Of a stretch of 64,000 bases of DNA, positions 8,163 to 16,756 are shown in pieces. The stretch is from a phage, in the sequence record PX880103.1; one strand, given 5' to 3'. The first letter of the stretch is position 1. The number at the start of each line of letters is the position of its first letter. Position numbers and translations under genes: made by a program. The notes below the pieces were generated by a model, which was not told where the DNA came from, made no database searches, and saw nothing but the letters and a program-made list of their open reading frames with translations.

Positions 8163-8178
8163 AAGGGCCGAAGCCCTT
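8163..8178 (-). terminator. GGGCCGAAGCCC-type hairpin overlapping rIIB stop
   Basis: aagggc-cgaa-gccctt; weak T-run, may be an RNA-stability stem rather than a terminator. Confidence 0.4.
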
Positions 8179-9115
8179 ATTTAAATTGTTCAGTAACGTC
8201 TTCAACTACTTCATATTGGCAGGTACGCATTTTAGCATCGTTGTAATCAATCGGAATTGATACTACATCGCGAGGATGAACTTTAACTTTTACAACTCGG
8301 CTGGTTGAACTACCAAAGTGACGAATATAAGATTTAGAACACACATGCAGACCACGAGAACAAGTCTGTGTATCATCGTCATTCACACGAGTACGCGGCA
8401 TTTTAACTACTTTACCCGGACTGTTATCAAAGGTATTTGAGTGACAGTCAAAGTAATTGCTACGAACTACTTTCCAAGCATAGAAGTAACCATCTTCTGT
8501 AATTTCAATATCGTTTGCTACCAAGAAATCAAAGAGTCGAGATACCGCTTTTTGGCTTGGGTTTTCCAACAGATTTTCCAAGAACGGAAAATAAAATTCA
8601 AAGTTTTCGCCTTTTTCCATCGAGTCAAGAATACGATCAACCAAACCAGACCGCAATTCAATATTTTGATAGAACAAGCTTCCACCTTCAATTCGAACAT
8701 CGCCGGAAATATATTTTTCAACAGCACGACGAACATTAATTTTTTGTGCCGCTTCTTCCAACTTATCCGCTACAAGCAGATTAAGAATTTCCTGGAAGTT
8801 TGAATGAGTATTAGGAGTTGCGTTATAAGTTACGCCATCAACAGTAATTGAAATGAATTTTTTAGATGCATTCCAAATAATGTCAGATTTAGCAACTGGA
8901 GCAATAACTGCATCGCTATTAACTTTAACTGTAATATCACCGCTAATAGTAACTTTAGGGTGTTTAGCTTCTTCAGCATTTTTCAAAACACGGCGGATTG
9001 TGTCAACCGATACACCTTGCCAATCAGCCAATTCCTGTTGGGTATAATTACCACTTGAATACAGCTTAACAATTTCAGCTTGTTCGTTTTTGGTCAGGCA
9101 TTTAATATTGTACAT
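8177..9115 (-). CDS. rIIB: rIIB protein
   Basis: 312 aa as in T4 rIIB; adjacent to rIIA; ATG confirmed. Confidence 0.9.
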   Translation of the reverse strand: MYNIKCLTKNEQAEIVKLYSSGNYTQQELADWQGVSVDTIRRVLKNAEEAKHPKVTISGDITVKVNSDAVIAPVAKSDIIWNASKKFISITVDGVTYNATPNTHSNFQEILNLLVADKLEEAAQKINVRRAVEKYISGDVRIEGGSLFYQNIELRSGLVDRILDSMEKGENFEFYFPFLENLLENPSQKAVSRLFDFLVANDIEITEDGYFYAWKVVRSNYFDCHSNTFDNSPGKVVKMPRTRVNDDDTQTCSRGLHVCSKSYIRHFGSSTSRVVKVKVHPRDVVSIPIDYNDAKMRTCQYEVVEDVTEQFK

Positions 9116-9126
9116 AATTTTCCTTA

Positions 9127-11304
9127 TTAGGCCGCAAGGGCCTTCATAGTTTTAGCGATTTGGGAAACTTCATCATCACTTAAAGAGTTGCGATAACCGA
9201 TGAAGTCGGAAACAATACGGAATTTCTTGGTAAACTCAGCAACCATTTTATCACTGTTTTTTGAAGCATTATTTGATAATACATCAAAAAGATTAGTTAC
9301 TGTCCAGATGTCATGACCGATGGTATCTTTTCCACCATTGAAATATACGCCACGTAATGAACTAACTATATTAGCGAGTCGTGTATATTCTTCAGAAACT
9401 TCATCTGTACTGAAGTACTTCATCATAAAATCTAGTTCAGGATACTTGATAATTTTATCAATATATCGTTGAGCTGAACTTGAATAACCTACATACTTAT
9501 CATAATCTACATCATCAAAAGCATCTACATATAAATCACGCAGAGTTTCAAAAATACATTGGCACTGACCGAGTTCTTTTACCTTTTTCTGTAAAAGCGG
9601 ACGAATAACATAAAATTCATTAATGCCAATAAGATTAGCCATACGAATCAAAATATTCATAGATGGATGACAAAGAGATGTAGTACCATCCATAGAGAAA
9701 ATATCAGAACGATGCATATACGCTACATAACCAGTAATTTCATCTGCTTCTGATGTGAGCGTAAATAATTCCTCTTTTTCCCAGCGCCCGTCTTTAATTT
9801 CAAACTTAAATGCTGTAGCAGCTTTAGGACGAGGAGCTTTACTTTTAACTACCTTTGGAATATAACTTTTTACTAAAGCTTCAATTTCTGACAAATAATG
9901 AATGTTAACTTCATCACTTTCAAACATCGCCATAATATCAGGAAGTAAATCAATCTGCGATTCTACTTCTGGATTAATAAACAGAAGGCGTTCGTTATGA
10001 TGAATATTCAAAGTGTTATTAAATTCACTATCATCTAACGCTCGTGCTAATCCACGAACAATATTAACACGATTTTTAATATTATCAATAACGATATTAA
10101 TTTTTGTTGTATTAATACCAAACAGACGATAACTTGATGCAACGGCTGAAGTTTCATGACTTTGCTTAATGCGCTTCAGTCGAGGGTCAAGATTTACTTC
10201 ATACACAACTCCTGCATTGCATAACTTACTGTCAGGTTCAAACATGCTCTGCATCTTTTTATATGACAGATTTTTAGTCGTGAATTTGACTGAATTACTA
10301 ATCATATAATCTCGAGCAGAATACCCCATCTTCATCAATTCACGATATGTGTGACGAGGAGATGTAGATTCTTTAAATCGTTTTACATCTTCATTAAATG
10401 CTTTCTCACTAAGTTCTTTAACTCGTTCAATAATATTTTTACGAGTACGATCATCCAGTGAAAGAGCCTCACGAGATGGAGCAATATCAAGTGAACCCAT
10501 TGGAAACTTAATGTAATTCACTTCATTGCGGATGCTTAACCAGTTACGATCTCTAATAACACCATCGATAGGATAAACAATACCGCCATAGATAGCATAT
10601 AATCCACCGCGATCAGGCCAGTATCTTTCTGGATTTACGCCGTAATAATCATCGAAATCCGGAAAATAATCAATTTCGCGGTCAAGACCATTAATGATAG
10701 CCAAATCTTTGAATGGTCGCATGATATAAGAAACTTCATAAGCAAAGTTTCTAAAGTCTTTTTCTTCAACTGGAACTACGATTTCAATACCAGTTTTATC
10801 ATCTGGACCCATTTCTTTTACGAATGTAGGTTTAATCTGTGGACCATCACCATCCATGTAAGCTACATAACCACGAATTTCACCTTTATGATACGAAGTA
10901 ATACTAAATGTATCAGTATAACTAAACGGAGATTTAGAACCTAAACCAAATCCGCCAATGAAATCGTTAGATTCAGCCTTAGATGAACTGAAGTATGAAT
11001 TATACAGTCCAGGAGAATTATCATCACCCTGAATATCAAAATCACTCATACCCGGACCAAAATCTCGACAAACAAATCGTGGATCTAAACGTCCAGGAAC
11101 TTGTATGATAAATTTTTCAGGATTTCCATTGAGAGCATGGGCATCAATCATGTTAGTAATCAATTCACGAACTACTGCGCGAATCTTGTTTGTATACAAA
11201 TCAGATGACAGAATTTTAAATACTTTAGGAGATGCTGTGATGCTAAATGCTTTTGATTTAGAACCATTACCAAGAATTGTTTCTTTTTCAGTGGTGATAA
11301 TCAT
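9127..11304 (-). CDS. rIIA: rIIA protein
   Basis: 725 aa as in T4 rIIA; ATG confirmed. Confidence 0.9.
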   Translation of the reverse strand: MIITTEKETILGNGSKSKAFSITASPKVFKILSSDLYTNKIRAVVRELITNMIDAHALNGNPEKFIIQVPGRLDPRFVCRDFGPGMSDFDIQGDDNSPGLYNSYFSSSKAESNDFIGGFGLGSKSPFSYTDTFSITSYHKGEIRGYVAYMDGDGPQIKPTFVKEMGPDDKTGIEIVVPVEEKDFRNFAYEVSYIMRPFKDLAIINGLDREIDYFPDFDDYYGVNPERYWPDRGGLYAIYGGIVYPIDGVIRDRNWLSIRNEVNYIKFPMGSLDIAPSREALSLDDRTRKNIIERVKELSEKAFNEDVKRFKESTSPRHTYRELMKMGYSARDYMISNSVKFTTKNLSYKKMQSMFEPDSKLCNAGVVYEVNLDPRLKRIKQSHETSAVASSYRLFGINTTKINIVIDNIKNRVNIVRGLARALDDSEFNNTLNIHHNERLLFINPEVESQIDLLPDIMAMFESDEVNIHYLSEIEALVKSYIPKVVKSKAPRPKAATAFKFEIKDGRWEKEELFTLTSEADEITGYVAYMHRSDIFSMDGTTSLCHPSMNILIRMANLIGINEFYVIRPLLQKKVKELGQCQCIFETLRDLYVDAFDDVDYDKYVGYSSSAQRYIDKIIKYPELDFMMKYFSTDEVSEEYTRLANIVSSLRGVYFNGGKDTIGHDIWTVTNLFDVLSNNASKNSDKMVAEFTKKFRIVSDFIGYRNSLSDDEVSQIAKTMKALAA

Positions 11305-11314
11305 AATTTCCTCA

Positions 11315-11518
11315 TTAATTCATATTACGTTTAATAACTTCGGCAACTTCTAGTAGTTCATCTTTAGTTGCAGTGTCGGATTGAATTTTATCTCTAATAT
11401 CTTTAAAGCGGTTTTTAAATTCTTCGGCTTCTCCCATATCGAAAAAGCGTTGAATGATTCTATATTCTCGATGAACTGCTTTATCAAAAAGCTCTAAATT
11501 TACTTTATATGATTTCAT
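11315..11518 (-). CDS. rIIA.1: rIIA.1 small protein (67 aa)
   Basis: Position and size match T4 rIIA.1; ATG confirmed. Confidence 0.65.
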   Translation of the reverse strand: MKSYKVNLELFDKAVHREYRIIQRFFDMGEAEEFKNRFKDIRDKIQSDTATKDELLEVAEVIKRNMN

Positions 11519-11543
11519 TTCAATATCCTCATTTGCCCAATTA

Positions 11544-11573
11544 ATTATACCACATCCTTGTGGTAAAGTAAAC
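11544..11573 (-). promoter_or_regulatory. Early promoter for rIIA.1/rIIA (GTTTAC-N18-TATAAT)
   Basis: Minus strand GTTTACtttaccacaaggatgtggTATAAT; -35 overlaps gene 39 stop. Confidence 0.65.
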
Positions 11574-13390
11574 TACTGGCTCATCCATTCTTTACGAAGG
11601 TCAGCATTATCTCCCATGAGCATTTCAAAAAGCTCTTTCCAGTTCTCAGGAAGTTTAACAACATCATATACTGGGTTTTGAATCATCTCACGATATTCAG
11701 ATTTTTCCAAAGAGCCAAGTCCTTTAATATAACGGATGCTATGTTTAGGTAGAGCATCTTTGGCACTCTCATATTCAGCGACTGTATAAAACCATTCTTG
11801 TTTTTTACCGACCTGAGCGATGATTACAGGAGTTTTGACAAAGCGAATTCTTCCTTGTTCAAACAGTTCTGGCCAATTACTAAAAAATCCGAGCAGAGAA
11901 GGATAAATGCTTCCTAGACCATCATGGTCAGCATCAGTCATAATAGCAATATTATGATAATTCAAGTTTTCAGCTTTTTCACCGAGAACTAATCCAGTGA
12001 TTGCGCAAATATCAAATAGTTCTTTGTTTTTAAGCATATCGGCATATGACATACCCCAGCTATTAAGAACTTTACCGCGTAATGGATAACCACCGTGAAG
12101 TTCTTTATCACGAACATCAATAAGATATCCGATAGCAGAATCACCCTCGGTTAAGAACAATGTAGTGTCAGCATCTTTACCGCAAAGATTCGCTTTAATA
12201 TGTTTATGAACCTTAGCTTTAGAAGCCTTTTTAGCTGCTTTAGTTTCTGCTGCTTTTTCTGCTGCCAATTTACGAGCTAATGCTGCTTCAATAATTGGCA
12301 TTAGAATTGCTTCATTATTTAGAATAGCGCGTGAAATCTTTTTAGCATCAAGTTGAATATGACTACGAATTTCACCAAATGGAGAAGTCAAACGCTCTTT
12401 AGTTTGAGAGTCAAATCGCATGTTTTTCATATCGCGAACAAACATAACGATAGTCAAACATTCTTTAACACGTGCTTTAGTCACATCAATTTTGAACTTA
12501 CGTTTGATTTGTGGAATAAGGTCTTCACAAATATCATCCATAACACAGTCAATGTGATGGCCACCATTCTTAGTATGAATGTTATTGACGTATGTTAATT
12601 GACGAAAACCATCCGGTGAACGACCAACCGCAATAGAACAATTTTCTTGTTCTTGAACGATAGCATGTTCATCATATTGGCGTGCGTATTTCTTAAAATT
12701 ACCCTGAACCTTTTTACCATTAAAGGTAAATTGAATATCAGGATAAACAACAGCAAGTGTTTGGAGACGATCTAGTGTAATGTCAAGATAAACTTGGGAC
12801 AGCTCATTAGTTTCAAATGACATAAAATCAGGAATGAAAGTAACACGGGTTCCTTTCCATTTTCCAGGAATATCTTCCCATGATTTATTTTCCATGCCGT
12901 TTGAACAACGAACTACAATATTATTTTGACCATCGCCAGTTTCACCAACAAACATCACAGAAAAAATGTTTGTCAAACTAGAACCAACACCATTCATACC
13001 GCCAGTGACGCGTTCTTTATCATCACCAAAGTTACCACCTGCTTTTGGAATAGTCCATGCAGCAACAGGACCAGGAATTTCTTCACCGGTAGGTGTTTTA
13101 ACCATTGCCTGCGGAATACCACGACCGTTATCTTCAACTGTTACTTGATTGTTTTTAATAGTAACATTAATTTTATTTGCGAATTTAAACTTAGTACGAA
13201 TACCTTCATCTACTGAGTTATCGATAATTTCATCAATAAGCTTAACAAGACCAGGTACATACTGAACACTTTCCCATTTACCAAACAGAAAGCGCTCATG
13301 CATTTCATTAGCAGAAGAGCCAATGTACATGCCGCTACGCTTTTTGATATGTTCAATATCGCTCAGAATTTTAATTTCATTCTTAATCAT
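11573..13390 (-). CDS. 39: DNA topoisomerase II large (ATPase) subunit, uninterrupted gene 39
   Basis: 605 aa from ATG at 13390 (track adds a GTG codon); N-terminus MIKNEIKILSDIEHIKKRSGMYIGS as in T4 gp39; continues through the region that is gene 60 in T4. Confidence 0.9.
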   Translation of the reverse strand: MIKNEIKILSDIEHIKKRSGMYIGSSANEMHERFLFGKWESVQYVPGLVKLIDEIIDNSVDEGIRTKFKFANKINVTIKNNQVTVEDNGRGIPQAMVKTPTGEEIPGPVAAWTIPKAGGNFGDDKERVTGGMNGVGSSLTNIFSVMFVGETGDGQNNIVVRCSNGMENKSWEDIPGKWKGTRVTFIPDFMSFETNELSQVYLDITLDRLQTLAVVYPDIQFTFNGKKVQGNFKKYARQYDEHAIVQEQENCSIAVGRSPDGFRQLTYVNNIHTKNGGHHIDCVMDDICEDLIPQIKRKFKIDVTKARVKECLTIVMFVRDMKNMRFDSQTKERLTSPFGEIRSHIQLDAKKISRAILNNEAILMPIIEAALARKLAAEKAAETKAAKKASKAKVHKHIKANLCGKDADTTLFLTEGDSAIGYLIDVRDKELHGGYPLRGKVLNSWGMSYADMLKNKELFDICAITGLVLGEKAENLNYHNIAIMTDADHDGLGSIYPSLLGFFSNWPELFEQGRIRFVKTPVIIAQVGKKQEWFYTVAEYESAKDALPKHSIRYIKGLGSLEKSEYREMIQNPVYDVVKLPENWKELFEMLMGDNADLRKEWMSQ

Positions 13391-13417
13391 CACTTATCCT
13401 CGTTTGGTTTCGGGAAT

Positions 13418-13443
13418 ATTATACTCCAGTAATCATAAAGCTA
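13418..13443 (-). promoter_or_regulatory. Middle-promoter-like element (MotA-box-like TAGCTTTA, 12 bp, TATAAT) upstream of gene 39
   Basis: Minus strand cctTTAGCTTTATgattactggagTATAAT directly after the 13443-13460 hairpin; one mismatch to the TGCTTtA core. Confidence 0.45.
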
Positions 13444-13460
13444 AAGGCCCGAAGGCCTTT
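13443..13460 (-). terminator. GGCCCGAAGGCC hairpin
   Basis: aaaggcc-cgaa-ggccttt; follows the stop of the lipoprotein gene. Confidence 0.5.
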
Positions 13461-13720
13461 TATTTAAAACGAATAGTCGAATCCTTGAAGAATAGTCCAG
13501 AACATACTGTTCCTTCTACTTTCTGCCCGGTAGGTCCAATAGCACGAAATCCAGTATGTTGGAAATCATTTTCAGAGCAACCGAACCAGTTATATCCAGT
13601 GATTTCAATATTAGTAAAACCACTTGAAGACAAAACTTTGGTTGCATTATCAGCATCAGTACATCCTACTAAAGACACTACTAATACTAATGCTGCGATA
13701 GAACGATTAATATATTTCAT
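13460..13720 (-). CDS. Putative lipoprotein (86 aa, 39.1 position)
   Basis: From ATG at 13720 (track start is GTG): MKYINRSIAALVLVVSLVGC, signal peptide with lipobox LVGC. Confidence 0.55.
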   Translation of the reverse strand: MKYINRSIAALVLVVSLVGCTDADNATKVLSSSGFTNIEITGYNWFGCSENDFQHTGFRAIGPTGQKVEGTVCSGLFFKDSTIRFK

Positions 13721-13725
13721 AATTT

Positions 13726-14097
13726 TCACTTAAATTTAATGGCTTGAAGAAGACTAATAACTCTCAAGCGGCTTCTTTCATCTTTAACTGTAAAGGAAAG
13801 AGGGTCACCAGATTTCATAGTGATAGTGCATCCAAAATCAAAATTTTCGGGAACTTCTTCGAAGAAGTCAAATTCTTCAGCATAAATTAGAACATTACTC
13901 TGCATACTGTGAAGAATTTTTCCATTATTTCCAGACGCTGTACTAATCATCGTAACATTATGACCTTTCATATCTTCAACGATAAATTCGCTTGTAGATA
14001 TTACAGCATTAATAGAACCATTCCTATAAATAGCAGACATTAGATATTTCTTTTCTTCGCCTTCGCGAATACGATATTTCTTACCGATTTTAAACAT
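13726..14097 (-). CDS. Hypothetical protein (123 aa, 39.2 position)
   Basis: ATG at 14097 (track start is GTG). Confidence 0.5.
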   Translation of the reverse strand: MFKIGKKYRIREGEEKKYLMSAIYRNGSINAVISTSEFIVEDMKGHNVTMISTASGNNGKILHSMQSNVLIYAEEFDFFEEVPENFDFGCTITMKSGDPLSFTVKDERSRLRVISLLQAIKFK

Positions 14098-14099
14098 AA

Positions 14100-14276
14100 T
14101 CACCCTTTAAGTAAGTCGTAAAAACCACCATTCACATGCTTAGGAGCAGAAGGCCGACGAGTAGACAAACGATGACATTTAGGGCAAACATCATTTTCTC
14201 GTTCAGAAATCTTTTTAATTTTTTCATATTCATGCCCGCAATCTTCGGATTGGCATTTATAATCATACATTGGCAT
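14100..14276 (-). CDS. Small zinc-ribbon protein (58 aa)
   Basis: Below track cutoff; MPMYDYKCQSEDCGHEYEKIKKISERENDVCPKCHRL..., CxxxxC...CxxC; fits exactly between flanking genes. Confidence 0.5.
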   Translation of the reverse strand: MPMYDYKCQSEDCGHEYEKIKKISERENDVCPKCHRLSTRRPSAPKHVNGGFYDLLKG

Positions 14277-14278
14277 AA

Positions 14279-14698
14279 TTATTCCTTAAAGTGAGCTTTC
14301 AACATCTGATACAAGGACCATGCTTGTTCATTATTTTCAATAGTAACTTTCATTACCGGGAATTCTGTGAAATCTTCTATTTGTTCTTGCTCTTCCTGCT
14401 CTTGTTCTTCAGCAGCCTGATATGGATTTTCAACTTCATCAAAGAACCCAGCTTCGTTAGTAGAGAGCCAGATAAAGTTTTCGTCAAGGATATCACCGCC
14501 GGCACAGCGTTTGAGTACACCTATGGATGTCATAATTTTAGTAGGACGCCCAAGATAATCAGCATCTAAAATTTTAAAAGGCTCCATACCTAAACGTCGT
14601 GCATAGATTCCGTTATCAGTATGGTCTTTAATAAAATTTTCTTGAGCTTGTTTATTTTTAAATTGATACCATTTATTAACTTCAAATTTAATAGCCAT
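14279..14698 (-). CDS. Hypothetical protein (139 aa; goF position)
   Basis: Size and position match T4 goF (about 141 aa) from memory only; acidic C-terminal tail. Confidence 0.5.
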   Translation of the reverse strand: MAIKFEVNKWYQFKNKQAQENFIKDHTDNGIYARRLGMEPFKILDADYLGRPTKIMTSIGVLKRCAGGDILDENFIWLSTNEAGFFDEVENPYQAAEEQEQEEQEQIEDFTEFPVMKVTIENNEQAWSLYQMLKAHFKE

Positions 14699-14913
14699 TA
14701 ATAAATTTCCTTCCAGTAAGTTGTGCCGTCTTCAGTAATTTCACGAAATACACCGTAAATTGGCTGTTTATCACCGACTTTCTCATACACATAAACAGAA
14801 GTCAAGTGAGTAAACTTGCTAGTATGTTCCTTTTGAACTACTACCAAGTCTGGATCGAATAATACATCTTCAAATTCGTCATTAGTGCAGTTTTGAACAA
14901 TTTTACGTTTCAT
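14698..14913 (-). CDS. Hypothetical protein (71 aa; cef position)
   Basis: Size and position match T4 cef; GAGGAAA SD. Confidence 0.5.
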   Translation of the reverse strand: MKRKIVQNCTNDEFEDVLFDPDLVVVQKEHTSKFTHLTSVYVYEKVGDKQPIYGVFREITEDGTTYWKEIY

Positions 14914-15012
14914 TACAATTTCCTCATTAATTGAACATTGGAGCGATGCGTTTCAGAAGAGTATCAACACCTTTAGCGAATTTTCCATTTTATTCTCCGA
15001 GTTGTTTTCTGT

Positions 15013-15055
15013 ATCAGTAGTTGATATTGATATAGTACCATAATCAACTACTGAT
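15013..15055 (-). promoter_or_regulatory. Atypical promoter inside a perfect 13-bp inverted repeat (atcagtagttgat / atcaactactgat)
   Basis: The loop carries TGGTACTAT (-10-like); followed by the conserved leader and GGAG; no canonical GTTTAC. Confidence 0.4.
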
Positions 15056-15085
15056 GTATATAGTTTTATGAAAAAATTTTAAACT

Positions 15086-15574
15086 TTATGCATAGAGAGC
15101 ATTGCTATAGTGTTTAATCCAACTTTCAGGAATGACTTTGTATGTTCCTAAAAATACCACGTTGTACAACTTAACGCCATCTTCTACCCATTGATCGGTA
15201 ATGTATCCACACATAGCGCGAGTATAAGCAGCCTTTCCATCATCTTTGATAAATTTAAATTCGCAAGGAGCAATGAACTTAATAGCTTGACCGAGTTTCC
15301 ACTTAAAGTCTACACCTACATGCGAAGTATCAATCGTTTCAATTCCTTTAGCGGGAACAGCTTTCAAAAACGCAGATTCAAGAAATTTCGCGCGAACATA
15401 ACCAAACTGGGGTTTAGACTTTCCATCTTTAGGAATGATACGAACTTTTACTTCAGAATCTTCATCTTTAACGCCATGCTTAAGCTGAATGCTTACAATT
15501 TCGACCAATTTTCCTGCTGCTTTAGAACGGGATTTATCAGATACACGAGCAATTTCACCAATATTAATAATCAT
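15086..15574 (-). CDS. motB: MotB-like DNA-binding protein (162 aa)
   Basis: Size and position (next after cef) match T4 motB; lysine-rich; ATG confirmed. Confidence 0.55.
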   Translation of the reverse strand: MIINIGEIARVSDKSRSKAAGKLVEIVSIQLKHGVKDEDSEVKVRIIPKDGKSKPQFGYVRAKFLESAFLKAVPAKGIETIDTSHVGVDFKWKLGQAIKFIAPCEFKFIKDDGKAAYTRAMCGYITDQWVEDGVKLYNVVFLGTYKVIPESWIKHYSNALYA

Positions 15575-15618
15575 AGTTATCTCTCACTTGTTAAAAAGAT
15601 TTTATACTCCACAGGACC

Positions 15619-15648
15619 ATTATACTCTGGTCCCAAGAGTTTGTAAAC
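15619..15648 (-). promoter_or_regulatory. Early promoter (GTTTAC-N18-TATAAT) for motB
   Basis: Minus-strand GTTTAC at 15643-15648 and TATAAT at 15619-15624; the -10 sits inside inverted repeat ggacca/tggtcc (15614-15633). Confidence 0.6.
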
Positions 15649-15650
15649 TA

Positions 15651-16190
15651 TTAATTCAAAATAGCTACCACTGCACTACGAGGTACTACGCTAAAATCAC
15701 CCGCATGAACAACGTTCAGAAGTTCAACACCATCTTCAATCCATTGGTCTGTTACCCAACCACAGACCGAAATAAATGGAGTCTTGATAGCTACCGCATG
15801 AGTTAGAAGGTCAGTAGGATCAACTTCTTTGAAGAGGATAAGCTCTGCTTCAAAGACTATAGTTTTAATTACTTCATCATTATCTAAGCGATGTACTCGA
15901 ATCACGTAAGCTTTATTCTTATCATGCCAGTTACTTTTTGAAAAACTTTTAACCACAAACTCGCCTTCACCAAAAGCATTAGTCAATGCTTTATAACCCA
16001 AATTTAGTTCAGTAGTTTTAATTTCAGTTTCAACCAGTTTGTAGGTTTTGCCGATTTCAATAGCGGTAGCCATAGTAGGTTCCTTAATTTCCAGTGGTTT
16101 AACAGGGCATACATAAGTGCTTACAACATCAAAATCAATCAGTTTAGCTACCGGATTTGGTATGTATTCAGGATTATAATTAAATTTCAT
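15651..16190 (-). CDS. Hypothetical protein (179 aa), MotB paralogue by C-terminal motif
   Basis: C-terminus CGWVTDQWIEDGVELLNVV parallels MCGYITDQWVEDGVKLYNVV in the 162-aa neighbour. Confidence 0.55.
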   Translation of the reverse strand: MKFNYNPEYIPNPVAKLIDFDVVSTYVCPVKPLEIKEPTMATAIEIGKTYKLVETEIKTTELNLGYKALTNAFGEGEFVVKSFSKSNWHDKNKAYVIRVHRLDNDEVIKTIVFEAELILFKEVDPTDLLTHAVAIKTPFISVCGWVTDQWIEDGVELLNVVHAGDFSVVPRSAVVAILN

Positions 16191-16192
16191 AA

Positions 16193-16693
16193 TTATCTCA
16201 TTTCAATAAAATCTACGAGTTCAGCATGCGATTTGCGGAACATTACTTGATGCCCACCAATGATAACTTCATCTTCAGGAACTTCGTATACAGCGAGATA
16301 AAATCCTTTAGAAGATAATTCTTCCCGCTCTTCTCGTGTGAACCATCTCATCATATCATATTCGCTAGCGAAAGCAAAATGATAAAGAGCTATAAACCAT
16401 CCTGGAATATGATATTCTACTCCAACATAATCTTTCTTGAACTTAGTATTAATTACTATATTAGCGTTTTTAACTAATAGTTTATCTTCGTGTGGTAAAG
16501 GAATTCTTTTATTATTATCGCTATGATGCATAAAATTAGGTCTGTCATAACCTACGTGTAATAGCCACTCTTCGCTCCATGAATCTATTATACTCCTGTA
16601 TGGCGTTATTTGAACACAAAGATTTCGACGTATTGTTATAGCATCTTCACAATTAAGAATACTAAACGATGATTCAACACGATAAATTTTCAT
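16193..16693 (-). CDS. Hypothetical protein (166 aa)
   Basis: ATG at 16693 with GAGGA SD, downstream of the 16721-16750 promoter (track start at 16732 is TTG inside the promoter). Confidence 0.55.
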   Translation of the reverse strand: MKIYRVESSFSILNCEDAITIRRNLCVQITPYRSIIDSWSEEWLLHVGYDRPNFMHHSDNNKRIPLPHEDKLLVKNANIVINTKFKKDYVGVEYHIPGWFIALYHFAFASEYDMMRWFTREEREELSSKGFYLAVYEVPEDEVIIGGHQVMFRKSHAELVDFIEMR

Positions 16694-16720
16694 TTTATTA
16701 TCCTCAGTAGCTATGGTGTT

Positions 16721-16750
16721 ATAATACCACAACTAACCGAGGAAGTAAAC
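16721..16750 (-). promoter_or_regulatory. Early promoter (GTTTAC-N18-TATTAT)
   Basis: Minus-strand GTTTACttcctcggttagttgtggTATTAT, just downstream of dexA. Confidence 0.6.
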
Positions 16751-16756
16751 AACTTT

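Noticed and set aside
2908-9047. Plus-strand ORFs from the track inside minus-strand genes (2908..3150, 3594..3791, 4769..5119, 5168..5389, 5558..5797, 7279..7464, 7466..7732, 8441..8803, 8515..8739, 8853..9047)
   Set aside because: Each lies wholly within a well-supported minus-strand gene (motA, 52, denB, rIIB) or a region better explained by small minus-strand ORFs; no start signals; typical AT-rich antisense ORFs.
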